DNA of 64,000 nt from the sequence record PV231354.1. One strand, 5' to 3'. A program made the translations under genes and the position numbers. The notes below the pieces were generated by a model. It ran no database searches and had not been told where the DNA came from. It saw only the letters and a list, made by a program, of their open reading frames with translations. Each line of letters begins with the position of its first letter. The first letter of the stretch is position 1. Positions 15,889 through 24,691 of the stretch are shown piece by piece.

Positions 15889-17121
15889 CTAGCCCTTCAC
15901 GCAGAGGACTTGCTTCAGGGTGTGGACGATGTCCACGAGGTCCTTCTGCGCCTCCATGACCGCGTCGATGTCCTTGTAGGCCATCGGGATTTCGTCGATC
16001 ACGCCGATGTCCTTGCGGCACTCGACGCCTTCGGTCGCCTTGATCTGGTCTTCCAGCGTGAAGGCGGCCTTGGCGGCGGTGCGCGACATGGTCCGCCCCG
16101 CGCCGTGCGAGCACGAGCAGAACGAGTCGGCGTTGCCCTTGCCGCGCACGATGTAGGACTTGGCCCCCATCGAGCCGGGGATGATGCCAAACTGGTCCTT
16201 CTGAGCCGACACCGCGCCCTTGCGGGTCACGAAGACCCACTCGTCGAAGTGGAACTCCTTCTGGACATAGTTGTGGTGGCAGTTCACCGCTTCCTTGTCC
16301 GTCTTGAAGGGCGGCAGGCCCGAGGCGCGCATGGCGTCCAGGACCCGGATCATCATCATCTCGCGGTTGATCCGCGCGAAGTCCTGACCCCAGGCGACGG
16401 CTTCCACGTAGTCGTAGAATTCCGGCTCGCCTTCCGACAGCCACGCGAGGTCCTTGTCGAGCGGCTTCTGGCCGTCCCGACGCAGCATCATCTCCTTGGC
16501 CTTCTCGATGAAGATACGGCCGATGGTGTTGCCGACGCCGCGCGAGCCCGAGTGGAGCATCACCCAGACGCGCTGGTCCTCGTCGAGGCAGACCTCGATG
16601 AAGTGGTTGCCGCCGCCCAGCGTGCCCAGTTGGACGACGCTGTTGGCGTTCTTGAGGGTCTTGTACTTGTCGCAGAGCTTCTCGAACCGGGCTTCCAGGC
16701 CCGAGTCGACCCACTTGCGCATGATCGAGTTCGGGATGCCGCTACGCCCGTTCCAGCCGCCCGACGGACCCGGCCCGCCGTGCGGGACGGCGTGCTCGAT
16801 CAGCGAGCGCAGCTTGGCGAGGCTGTCGGGCAGGTCCGAGGCCTTCAGCGAGGTACGCACGGCCATCATGCCGCAGCCGATGTCCACGCCCACGGCCGCC
16901 GGGATGATGGCGCCCTTGGTCGGGATCACCGATCCCACGGTCGAGCCGATGCCCATGTGGACGTCCGGCATCAGGGCCACGTGCGAGTGGATGAACGGCA
17001 GGGCGGCGAGGTTGTGCGCCTGCACCTGGGCGGGCTGCTCGAAGGTCACACCCCGGACCCAGGCCTTGATCACCCCGCCGTTCCAGCCGGTGATCTCTTC
17101 GTATTGGGTCTCGGCGGTCAT
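15889..17121 (-). CDS. rtcB: RNA-splicing/repair ligase RtcB
   Basis: LMPDVH, VGVDIGCG, GTLGGGNHFIE, HSGSRG, CHHNY, RKGA, PGSMG, SHGAGR, DEIPMAYKDI. Confidence 0.96.
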   Translation of the reverse strand: MTAETQYEEITGWNGGVIKAWVRGVTFEQPAQVQAHNLAALPFIHSHVALMPDVHMGIGSTVGSVIPTKGAIIPAAVGVDIGCGMMAVRTSLKASDLPDSLAKLRSLIEHAVPHGGPGPSGGWNGRSGIPNSIMRKWVDSGLEARFEKLCDKYKTLKNANSVVQLGTLGGGNHFIEVCLDEDQRVWVMLHSGSRGVGNTIGRIFIEKAKEMMLRRDGQKPLDKDLAWLSEGEPEFYDYVEAVAWGQDFARINREMMMIRVLDAMRASGLPPFKTDKEAVNCHHNYVQKEFHFDEWVFVTRKGAVSAQKDQFGIIPGSMGAKSYIVRGKGNADSFCSCSHGAGRTMSRTAAKAAFTLEDQIKATEGVECRKDIGVIDEIPMAYKDIDAVMEAQKDLVDIVHTLKQVLCVKG

Positions 17122-17136
17122 GTGCTCCTCGCTGCC

Positions 17137-17186
17137 GTTGTCGTGATTTACGACTTTTGACCACGCCCTTCGTCGTCTGTCAACAC
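17137..17186 (-). promoter_or_regulatory. Possible promoter for rtcB
   Basis: GTGTTGACA inside the upstream gene, weak -10, CGACAAC leader then GAGGAG. Confidence 0.45.
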
Positions 17187-17468
17187 ACCTTCGATCGCCT
17201 CGATCTGGATTTGCAGCGTCGTCCTGGCGTTGCTCTGCGCCGGGAGTTGCTCGCTGACGCGCTTCATGTCCCCGAGGGCGTAGAGCAGGGTCTCATAGAA
17301 CTCGGTCTCGCCACCGCCGTTGGTGAGCCGCTCCTGCATGTGCGTGATCCTCGCCTGGAGGACGCGGGCGCGGTCGTCGTTGGGCAACAGCATGCCCTCG
17401 GCCAGAGCGACCGCCTCGACGGTGTCTTGCAGCATGCGGCGGTAGGTGTTCTCGCGCGGGGTACTCAT
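17148..17468 (-). CDS. hypothetical protein
   Basis: Coupled ORF. Confidence 0.7.
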   Translation of the reverse strand: MSTPRENTYRRMLQDTVEAVALAEGMLLPNDDRARVLQARITHMQERLTNGGGETEFYETLLYALGDMKRVSEQLPAQSNARTTLQIQIEAIEGVLTDDEGRGQKS

Positions 17469-17569
17469 AGGATCACTCTCAGCAGTTGGATGAGGGCCGC
17501 CCAGAGCGCCAGATCGGCGAGGACGGCGAGGAAGAGTTCATAGTTCAGACGGGTGCCCTTGTGGGTCAT
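17465..17569 (-). CDS. 34-aa membrane peptide (not in ORF track)
   Basis: GGAGG RBS; MTHKGTRLNYELFLAVLADLALWAALIQLLRVIL; ATGA overlap with the next gene. Confidence 0.6.
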   Translation of the reverse strand: MTHKGTRLNYELFLAVLADLALWAALIQLLRVIL

Positions 17570-17587
17570 CGTTGCCTCCCTGAAACG

Positions 17588-17620
17588 AAAAACGCCGGCG
17601 AGTAGGTCCCGCCGGCGTTT
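17588..17620 (-). terminator. Rho-independent terminator
   Basis: AAACGCCGGCG-9 nt-CGCCGGCGTTT plus T run on the - strand. Confidence 0.85.
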
Positions 17621-17649
17621 CCGTAGTCCAAATCTAGGCCGTCAGGCCG

Positions 17650-18480
17650 TTAGTTCACCTTGACGAAGGGCACCGCCCCGCCGGTCGTGGTCGGCAGGCG
17701 GCCGTCCCACTTCTCGATCGCCTTCAGTTCGACGATCTGCGGGCTGGCCGCGATCGACGCCGCCAGCAAGCGGTTCGATTCGGCTTGACCACGGGCTTGC
17801 TCGATCGCGGCGTTGGCTTCAGCCTTGGCGACCTCGACGCGGGCGGTGGCCGCCACGGTGTCGGCGTCAGCCTTGGTCTTGGCTTGGATCGAGTCGAGGA
17901 TCACCTGCGGGTAGCGGATGTTGCCGATCCAGTCGAGTTGGCTGATCGTCACGCCCTCCTTGGCCCACTTGTGCTGGACCGTGGCGAGGGCCTTCTGGAT
18001 CACCTGCTGGCGACCGCCCTTGTAGAGGTACTCGACCGACACCAGTTCGGTTTCGCGGGCGATGGCCGAGCGCACGTCGTTGCGGATCGGGCCTTCGAAC
18101 AGTTGGTCGAACGACAGCCGGTACTTCTTGTAGAGCGCCGGCGCCGCCGCCGAGTCGACGCGCATGACGAGTTGGACGTCGGCGGTCATCGGCAGGGCGT
18201 TGTTGTCCGAGAACGTGACTTCTTCGTTCTCGCCGCCGCGCTCATCACGTTCGCGGGTGTAGGTGTAGGTGCGTTGGATCGCCGGGTAGTCGACGATCTT
18301 CTCGCCGAAGCTGTTGAAGTGCATGCCCGAGGACAGCGGAGCGGGATCGACACCCGAGCCGCCGACGGTGCGAATCTTCACGCCGATATTGCCGGGCTCG
18401 ACGGTGTGCCAGCCGCAGGCCGACATGGTCGCCGCCATGCCCATCAGGGCCACGGCAGTCAAAAGAGACTTGATCTTCAA
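17650..18480 (-). CDS. SPFH/band-7 (prohibitin-like) lipoprotein
   Basis: Lipobox-like MSAC; VEPGNIGVKI, ADV, coiled coil AEANAAIEQARGQAESN, IEKWDGRLP. Confidence 0.88.
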   Translation of the reverse strand: MKIKSLLTAVALMGMAATMSACGWHTVEPGNIGVKIRTVGGSGVDPAPLSSGMHFNSFGEKIVDYPAIQRTYTYTRERDERGGENEEVTFSDNNALPMTADVQLVMRVDSAAAPALYKKYRLSFDQLFEGPIRNDVRSAIARETELVSVEYLYKGGRQQVIQKALATVQHKWAKEGVTISQLDWIGNIRYPQVILDSIQAKTKADADTVAATARVEVAKAEANAAIEQARGQAESNRLLAASIAASPQIVELKAIEKWDGRLPTTTGGAVPFVKVN

Positions 18481-18484
18481 GGGG

Positions 18485-18820
18485 TTACTCCTCGTCTTGT
18501 TTCGGGGATTTGTGGAACGCTTTTGCGATGTCGCCCAAGAGCTTGATCGCGAACATGAGGACGGTCGGCATGCCGATCACCAGGATCAGGAAGGCCACGA
18601 TGGTCGAGCCGAAGAAGTGGGCCTCGGTGAGGGTCCAGGCGAAGCCCATGTAGACCAGGACGCCGGCGATGATCACCAGGGTCGGGTAGAGGGTCAGCCG
18701 GTAGAAGAGACCGGGCAGGCGCTTGTCCCGCAGCGCCGCGCTGGGGCCGCCCAGGGCCGAGACCAGGAAGGCGACCATCAGGACGAAGTAGAGAGGGAAG
18801 AGAGGAAGGAAGAGCCTCAC
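18485..18820 (-). CDS. Membrane protein
   Basis: Three hydrophobic segments; GTG start overlaps the upstream TGA. Confidence 0.7.
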   Translation of the reverse strand: MRLFLPLFPLYFVLMVAFLVSALGGPSAALRDKRLPGLFYRLTLYPTLVIIAGVLVYMGFAWTLTEAHFFGSTIVAFLILVIGMPTVLMFAIKLLGDIAKAFHKSPKQDEE

Positions 18821-19509
18821 GAGGTGGGACCTTTCAGAATGGCGTCGATCCGCGCGAGGAGGTCCCCACAATCGACGCCGCCAGCTTTGAAAGCCAAGGA
18901 GACCTCCGACAGCAGGTCGGTCTTCTTGACGGTCGCGATGGCGACCTGTTCCTCGATCGCCTCGACGATCGCGGTGACGAGCACCTCTTGGCGGACCCGC
19001 CAGCAGCCGTCGGCGCCCGAGTAGAACCACGTGCCGATGATGTTGTCGGAGCGGCTGTTGTCGGCGATCTTGCGCGCGGCGTGATAGGGGCCTTCGTCGC
19101 GGCCGATGTGCGCGCCCGCCGACAGGATGTCGATGATGTCCCGGCGGATGCCGTGCCACATGTCGGGCAGGATGCCCGAGGCCTTGTAGGCGTCGGCGTT
19201 GTCCAAGACGATCAGGAGGCGGCGCACGCGCTCGTCGGTGATCGGGCGGCTTTCGGTGATGCGCCGCTCGGCCCACTCCACCCGCGCCAGGGGAACCACC
19301 GCGCTCGGCGCGCCGGCCCGCAGAAGGCGCTTGGCGACGTCGTTCTCGTAGGACTCGTACTCGCGGCAGCGACCCTCCAGGCGGCGGATCGTCGCCCGCA
19401 GATCGACGGCTTCCTTGGCGTAGTCGTCCAGGGCCTCGTTAGCCTCGGCGAGCTTGCGCTCCAGGTCGGCGATCTTCAGCGCGCCATCGGCGTCCTCAAG
19501 AGGGTGCAT
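18817..19509 (-). CDS. Coiled-coil hypothetical protein
   Basis: Start moved to MHPLED. Confidence 0.7.
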   Translation of the reverse strand: MHPLEDADGALKIADLERKLAEANEALDDYAKEAVDLRATIRRLEGRCREYESYENDVAKRLLRAGAPSAVVPLARVEWAERRITESRPITDERVRRLLIVLDNADAYKASGILPDMWHGIRRDIIDILSAGAHIGRDEGPYHAARKIADNSRSDNIIGTWFYSGADGCWRVRQEVLVTAIVEAIEEQVAIATVKKTDLLSEVSLAFKAGGVDCGDLLARIDAILKGPTS

Positions 19510-19793
19510 CAGCCCGCGAGCCCCCGCTGCTTCAAGGCGACGATCTGCTCGATCTCCTTGAGGATGTGCTCCGACAGGCGGTCGGTGCGCTCCTTGATGC
19601 CGGCCGGGACGCCGATCTTGCACTGGCCGATCTCGTGCAGGCGGTCGGAGACGGCCTTCAGATCGATCAGGGTGTCGCGGATCAGCACGTCGGCGAGGCT
19701 CAGGGCCTCGGACTGAAGCGCGGCGATACGCTGGGCGGTGGTGATCTCGGTGGTCGCCGGCACGACGGCGAGCTTGGTCTGGGAAGCGGTCAA
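19509..19793 (-). CDS. hypothetical protein
   Basis: TTG start after AAGGAG; first gene after a promoter. Confidence 0.72.
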   Translation of the reverse strand: MTASQTKLAVVPATTEITTAQRIAALQSEALSLADVLIRDTLIDLKAVSDRLHEIGQCKIGVPAGIKERTDRLSEHILKEIEQIVALKQRGLAG

Positions 19794-19806
19794 ATCGGGT
19801 CTCCTT

Positions 19807-19855
19807 GTTGTCGTCGGGCGTGACTTCTAGCCGGCGTCCGTGGGGCTGTCAACAC
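19807..19855 (-). promoter_or_regulatory. Early promoter with leader
   Basis: GTG-TTGACA-N17-TAGAAG, CGACGACAAC. Confidence 0.8.
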
Positions 19856-20384
19856 TTTCGCTCACGGGCGCGGCGCCATAATGCGCGACCAGTACCAGCC
19901 GCGCGCCGCAGGCCACGAGCGAGCCCTGGGCGTTGTAGATCAGCCGCCCGGCTTCCTGGCCGTTGGCGTCGAGTATGGCGGCGGCGTGGGCGTAGGTCGG
20001 CTTGCCGCCCTTGCCCTTCTGGATGCGGATCGGCGGGGCGTTGGTCTGGTGTTTGGTGTTGCGGTCGATGACCTGCCGGTTGACGTTGAGCACGATCATG
20101 CCGCGCTCGATCTTCGGCAGCGGCGCGGGCTCCTCGGGCGGCAGCGGCATCCAGCCGATGACGTCGTCGATGGTGTAGGCGTCGCGCCCGGCCATCTTCC
20201 AGCAGATGTACGGGTCGTCATCCTCGTCGATCTGCCAGTCGACCAGTTGTGCCGTGTACATGCGGCCGTGCTGGGTCTTCACCAGCACCCAGTCGGACGC
20301 CTTCGCACCCCAGGGGTCCTCTTGCTTGATCTCGGGCGGATCGGCATGAGGATGGCGCCACAGGGGCCAGGACGGGTTGTTCAT
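19827..20384 (-). CDS. hypothetical protein
   Basis: Start moved to MNNPSW (AGGAGG RBS). Confidence 0.7.
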   Translation of the reverse strand: MNNPSWPLWRHPHADPPEIKQEDPWGAKASDWVLVKTQHGRMYTAQLVDWQIDEDDDPYICWKMAGRDAYTIDDVIGWMPLPPEEPAPLPKIERGMIVLNVNRQVIDRNTKHQTNAPPIRIQKGKGGKPTYAHAAAILDANGQEAGRLIYNAQGSLVACGARLVLVAHYGAAPVSESVDSPTDAG

Positions 20385-20392
20385 GGGTCCTC

Positions 20393-21292
20393 CTACCAGC
20401 CGAACTTGGTGGCGCAGACCGGGCCGATGCCGGCGTCGATCGAGGCGTGATTGGTCAGTTCCCGGCCGCAGCACGAGCAGGAGCCGGTGCGCTGTCCATA
20501 GGCGATGGCGGCGGCGTGCGGATCGGCCGCCAGGGCGAGGATTTCGGCTTCCTGCTCGGCGGTGCAGTCGCGCACCTTGAGGAACTTGCCGTTCATCACC
20601 TTGCCCATGTACACGCCCTCGACGGTGCGCACGTAGATGGCGCCGGCGTTGGTGCTGTCCATGGCGGCGGGCTTGAACTTGTAGCCGGCCAGCCGCAGGG
20701 TGATGTTCTTCAGGCCCGAGCCCTTGGCGTGGAAGAAGGCTTCCTCCAGCTTGGCGAGCGAGATGGCGGGCGCGGCGGCTTCGCGGGCGACCCGCTCGGC
20801 TTCGCGTTGGATCGCGCGCTTCTTGTCCTCGGCCGCCAGCCGCTGGACGGTGGCAAGCTGCTTCTCCGACAGGTGACCGTATTGCTCGACGGCCTGGAGC
20901 ATCTTGTGGGCGAAGTCAAAGCGCGGGGCGGTCTTGACCATCCACGTCATCTCCTCGGCGTGCGCCAGCTTCCAGGCGGCGCGCTGGGCTTGGAGATCAG
21001 CCACGGCCTGGGCCTTCTTCTTGTCGGCGTTGGCGCGGCGGCGGGCGCGTTCCTCGGGCGAGGTCTTGCGCACGAACTTGCCCTTGCCCTTGCAGACGAA
21101 GCACTGGCGGCCGTACTGCGACATGCCGCGATACGTGCCCGTGCCCCGGCACTTGGGGCAGAGTTCGATCCACTCGGCCGGCGGCGGGGTCTCGTCGACG
21201 AAATCGACGCCCGCTTCCATGGGCTCACCCGGCTGGGTTTCCCGGACCACCGGCTCGGTGATCAGTTCATCCATATCAGCGAAAAGGTCCAC
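20393..21292 (-). CDS. Zn-finger phage protein (DUF6011-like C-terminus)
   Basis: CPKCRGTG...CFVCKGKG; C-terminal CSCCGRELT...GIGPVC. Confidence 0.8.
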   Translation of the reverse strand: MDLFADMDELITEPVVRETQPGEPMEAGVDFVDETPPPAEWIELCPKCRGTGTYRGMSQYGRQCFVCKGKGKFVRKTSPEERARRRANADKKKAQAVADLQAQRAAWKLAHAEEMTWMVKTAPRFDFAHKMLQAVEQYGHLSEKQLATVQRLAAEDKKRAIQREAERVAREAAAPAISLAKLEEAFFHAKGSGLKNITLRLAGYKFKPAAMDSTNAGAIYVRTVEGVYMGKVMNGKFLKVRDCTAEQEAEILALAADPHAAAIAYGQRTGSCSCCGRELTNHASIDAGIGPVCATKFGW

Positions 21293-21299
21293 GGCGGGT

Positions 21300-21365
21300 C
21301 TCCATCAGCAGGTGATGGAGCCCTTCTAGGCCTCTCGACCTAGCCTGTCAACACTCTCGCGCCAA
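21300..21365 (-). promoter_or_regulatory. Early promoter with 8-bp palindrome over start site/RBS
   Basis: TTGGC-N6-GTG-TTGACA-N17-TAGAAG; CTCCATCA-N5-TGATGGAG. Confidence 0.8.
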
Positions 21366-21376
21366 CAAAATGTCGG

Positions 21377-21700
21377 CTAGTCGGTTTCGAGGACAGGGGC
21401 CTCTTCGAGGATCAGGGTGTACATGTCGCGCGGATCGCCGCAGGGGATGATGTCGACGATCACGCAGGTCCGGATGCGCTCGCTCTGGGTCAGGTAGATG
21501 ACGAAGTCGCCCAGGCGCGGCCCTTGGCAGTGGACCATCACGCTGATGCGCTCGATCACCAGGGGCTTGCGAAACCACCCCCGCTTGACCAAGCGCGGCT
21601 TGGCGACGCTGAACGTGCTGGAGTGCATGGCGTGACCCCAGCCCTGTTTGCCGGGGCGGAAGTCGAAGGTCCGGGGACCGTTGTTAAGGCGCAGGAGCAT
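21377..21700 (-). CDS. hypothetical protein
   Basis: ORF in operon orientation. Confidence 0.6.
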   Translation of the reverse strand: MLLRLNNGPRTFDFRPGKQGWGHAMHSSTFSVAKPRLVKRGWFRKPLVIERISVMVHCQGPRLGDFVIYLTQSERIRTCVIVDIIPCGDPRDMYTLILEEAPVLETD

Positions 21701-21914
21701 GGCGATCCTTTTCGGCTAGGACGCGGCGCTCCAGGCGGCCGTGCCCGATGAAGGCGATGATGTCTTTGCCCCGGACGCGCTTGGGCATGTAGCCGCCAAA
21801 ACGCCGCTGGAGCGGGATGCGCCGGTACTTGGGATCGAACAGCCCGACCCAGCGGCGCGCCCTGGGGTTCTCGCGTGGCAGGATCACCGACAGGACATAG
21901 GGTGAGAAGTTCAT
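21684..21914 (-). CDS. hypothetical protein
   Basis: Coupled ORF. Confidence 0.6.
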   Translation of the reverse strand: MNFSPYVLSVILPRENPRARRWVGLFDPKYRRIPLQRRFGGYMPKRVRGKDIIAFIGHGRLERRVLAEKDRHAPAP

Positions 21915-22153
21915 GTCGTGATCGTCGAGAGGACGTAGGTCGCCTCGGCCCGGCCGTAGTCGTCGGGGCCGATCAGCATCAGTTGCGACGGCTGGTCGAG
22001 GTCGACGTCACGCCAGACCACCTTGCCCTTGCGGCCGGTGACCGACGGATCGTGCGGCAGGTCGGCGAGCAGCCGCAGGGTGGTGGTGGCGATCTGGTGG
22101 GCCTCATAGGAGCCCGGTTCGATGTGATCGGCGAGGGTGAGCTTGACGAGCAA
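21911..22153 (-). CDS. hypothetical protein
   Basis: AAGGAG RBS, TTG start. Confidence 0.65.
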   Translation of the reverse strand: MLVKLTLADHIEPGSYEAHQIATTTLRLLADLPHDPSVTGRKGKVVWRDVDLDQPSQLMLIGPDDYGRAEATYVLSTITT

Positions 22154-22166
22154 TCTTGGCTCCTTT

Positions 22167-22679
22167 CTATCCGTGAAGAGAGGTCTTCAGGTGGGCGCGG
22201 CCCTGGTGGTACATCCGCATCGCGCGCTTCTCGGTCTTGCAGGGACCAAACCAGAGCAGGTCCCCCGGCCGCCGGGCGGCGATCCCATACTGCCGCATGG
22301 GCTCTTCCACGTAGTCGACGCCAGCCAAGATGCTGATCACCTCGTAGGGGCTTTCGCCCGCTTCGATTTGTGCGTCGTCCACGCCAACGTAAAACGAGAC
22401 ATCCTTGCCGAACATCCCGCCGGTGACCCTGGCATGTCGCCAGGACGTCCAGAACCAGCCGCGCCGCAACTCCAGGCCGCGAACGATACCCAGGTCGGCT
22501 TCTTGCGGCTCACCGTCGGGCCAGGACCCGAGCACCGACGCCTGGAAAGCCGAGTCAGGATGGGACTCCGCCTTGACGAGGCCGGTGGCGATCCGCTTGG
22601 CGTCGTCCTCGTCGACCGCCGTGACCTCGATCTCGGTGACGAGGGCCTGGGTGACCTTGATCAGGAAGGTCTCAGCCAC
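22167..22679 (-). CDS. hypothetical protein
   Basis: GTG start at VAETF. Confidence 0.65.
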   Translation of the reverse strand: MAETFLIKVTQALVTEIEVTAVDEDDAKRIATGLVKAESHPDSAFQASVLGSWPDGEPQEADLGIVRGLELRRGWFWTSWRHARVTGGMFGKDVSFYVGVDDAQIEAGESPYEVISILAGVDYVEEPMRQYGIAARRPGDLLWFGPCKTEKRAMRMYHQGRAHLKTSLHG

Positions 22680-23358
22680 GCAGGCGCGCCTCATGGAACG
22701 CGTTCGCGCCCACCGCCGCCGCCAGTTCCGACTTGATCTGGTCGACGTCGGCCTTCAATTCCTTGAAGTAGGGCGTGTCGGCGAGGAGGTCCTGTATCTT
22801 CCACAGGCCCGCATAGGCCCGCTGGACGTAGCCGGTCGGATCATCCTCGACCACGCGCACGATGTCGTGGAACTTGACCGGGACGTAGGCGTCGAAGTCG
22901 CAGAGGTAGGCGACATCGTGGGCCTCGATGATCCGCACGCCGCCCGAGGCGAGGTTCTTGACGACCTGGGGGACGTGCTCGCAGTGGCTGACCGTGCGGA
23001 TCGAGCCGCGCGGGGCCTTGGGCGGATTGTGCGTCACCAGGACGACCTTGTCGCCCGGCTGGAACTCCCAGCGGACCTCGGGATCGTTCAGGTGATCGTC
23101 GATCATCTTGCGGATCGTCGCCAGCGAGCGATGGCTGTAGCAGTCGCCGTGGAGGCAGTAGTGGATGATCTTCCACTCCTTCTCGCTCGGCGAGGGGATT
23201 TCCTTGCCCTCGCCGTCGCGGCCATGGAAGTAGGCCGCCGACTCCAGGCGATGGATGGCCTCGATGTCGCGGTCGTCGTCGGTCTCGATCGTGTCGAGCA
23301 GGTTGATCACCTTCATCAGGCTGTAGGTGATCGGACGGGTGTAGGGGCGCTTGATCAC
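22672..23358 (-). CDS. hypothetical protein (paralogue of 23355..24251)
   Basis: GTG start overlaps the upstream TGA; FHGRDGEGK motif. Confidence 0.7.
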   Translation of the reverse strand: MIKRPYTRPITYSLMKVINLLDTIETDDDRDIEAIHRLESAAYFHGRDGEGKEIPSPSEKEWKIIHYCLHGDCYSHRSLATIRKMIDDHLNDPEVRWEFQPGDKVVLVTHNPPKAPRGSIRTVSHCEHVPQVVKNLASGGVRIIEAHDVAYLCDFDAYVPVKFHDIVRVVEDDPTGYVQRAYAGLWKIQDLLADTPYFKELKADVDQIKSELAAAVGANAFHEARLRG

Positions 23359-24251
23359 AGGTGCTTCTCCAGGCCCAGGTCGTCGATCACCGCCTGGGCG
23401 ATGGCTTCGAGGTTGAAGTGGCCGTCGAGGATCGCATCGCGCATGTCGTCGGCGTCGACCCAGTTGGAGGCGCCCTGGTAGGCGGTGCTCTCGGCGGCCT
23501 CGATCGCGCGCTTGAGGGCATCGGCCAGGATCACCGCCGGGGTGCGCTTGACCTTGGCCTTCTTGACCTTCCAATGGAGGTCCTGGATGCGCACGACGCG
23601 GCGCGCGCCGTCGTCGATGTCCTTGAAGGCGCCGGCCTCGACCAGCCGCTCGACGGTGGCGTCCGTGAAGTGGGCGTTGGCCTCGTTCACCGGGAACGTG
23701 GTCCAGCAGTCGGTGCCCAGTTGGGTCAGGGTGCCCGACGACGTGGCGCGCGCGGCGTGGATGGCGTGGTACTCGTCGGCGAGCATGAACTGCTCGTAGC
23801 CGGGGCCGCTCAGGGTGCCGACGTCGTTGAGCACCGCGACATAGCAGTTCTCGCCGTTCCAGGACTGCGACGTGTAGCACTTCTGGAGCGTGTAGGTCTT
23901 GCCGACCGTGAAGCTCTCGCTGCCGCCCACATAGACGGCCTGGGCGTTCTGGGGGAACGGCCAGCGGTAGTGCTCGTTGTCGGGATCGAAGGCTTCCAGG
24001 GCCTTGGTGATGTCCTCGCGCTTGACCTCGTCGGCCGTGAAGCGCTTGTACTTGCCCTCGGCGTCGCGGCCGTGGAACAGGTCCTGGATTTCGCGCACGA
24101 TGTCGTACTCGAACGGCCAGATCGAGCCGCCCCGATAGTCGCTGACCAGCTTGTCGAACATCGCCACCGAGCCGCCGGCCGCTTCGAGCGCCAGCAGGTC
24201 ACGGATGATGTCGGCCGGCTCGCGGGCATAGGCGTGGGGTTGACGGACCAT
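23355..24251 (-). CDS. hypothetical protein (paralogue of 22672..23358)
   Basis: FHGRDAEGK motif; coupled ORF. Confidence 0.72.
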   Translation of the reverse strand: MVRQPHAYAREPADIIRDLLALEAAGGSVAMFDKLVSDYRGGSIWPFEYDIVREIQDLFHGRDAEGKYKRFTADEVKREDITKALEAFDPDNEHYRWPFPQNAQAVYVGGSESFTVGKTYTLQKCYTSQSWNGENCYVAVLNDVGTLSGPGYEQFMLADEYHAIHAARATSSGTLTQLGTDCWTTFPVNEANAHFTDATVERLVEAGAFKDIDDGARRVVRIQDLHWKVKKAKVKRTPAVILADALKRAIEAAESTAYQGASNWVDADDMRDAILDGHFNLEAIAQAVIDDLGLEKHL

Positions 24252-24616
24252 CAGGCCGACACCTTCGCCAGTTGCTTTTCCAGTTCGGCGCGCAGTTCGG
24301 CGTCGGTCAGGCCCAGGCGCTCCTTCATGAACGCCACGGCGTCAGCCGGGTTGTCGAAGGAGCGGGTGTCCGCATCGGTGCTGTCGCGCAGGCCACGCAC
24401 CTCGGTCACGCCCCAGAAAGTCCCCCAGGCGCTCGCGACGACGGCCGCCAGCGCTACGAAGAACGCGCCGCCAAACTGGTGCGCGTCAGCGCGCTCGATC
24501 AGTTCGGCGCCGGCGAAGGACACGGCGATGAGCGCCACCGCAGCCAGATGCAGCATGGCGCTCTTGCGCGTGTAGGTCGGGGTCACCTTGAGGGTGAACT
24601 TGTCGCTGGTCTCCAA
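24251..24616 (-). CDS. Membrane protein
   Basis: Two hydrophobic segments; first gene after a promoter. Confidence 0.7.
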   Translation of the reverse strand: METSDKFTLKVTPTYTRKSAMLHLAAVALIAVSFAGAELIERADAHQFGGAFFVALAAVVASAWGTFWGVTEVRGLRDSTDADTRSFDNPADAVAFMKERLGLTDAELRAELEKQLAKVSA

Positions 24617-24633
24617 GAGAGGTCTCCTCTGTC

Positions 24634-24691
24634 GTTGTCGTCGAGGGGCTTATAGGCGGAGGTCAGCGACCTGTCAACACTCTCACGCCAA
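24634..24691 (-). promoter_or_regulatory. Early promoter with upstream element and leader
   Basis: TTGGC-N6-GTG-TTGACA-N17-TATAAG, CGACGACAAC. Confidence 0.85.

Noticed and set aside
18785-18816. Purine-rich GAGAGGGAAGAGAGGAAGGAAGAG tract
   Set aside because: It is simply the complement of codons for a hydrophobic LFLPLFPLYF segment
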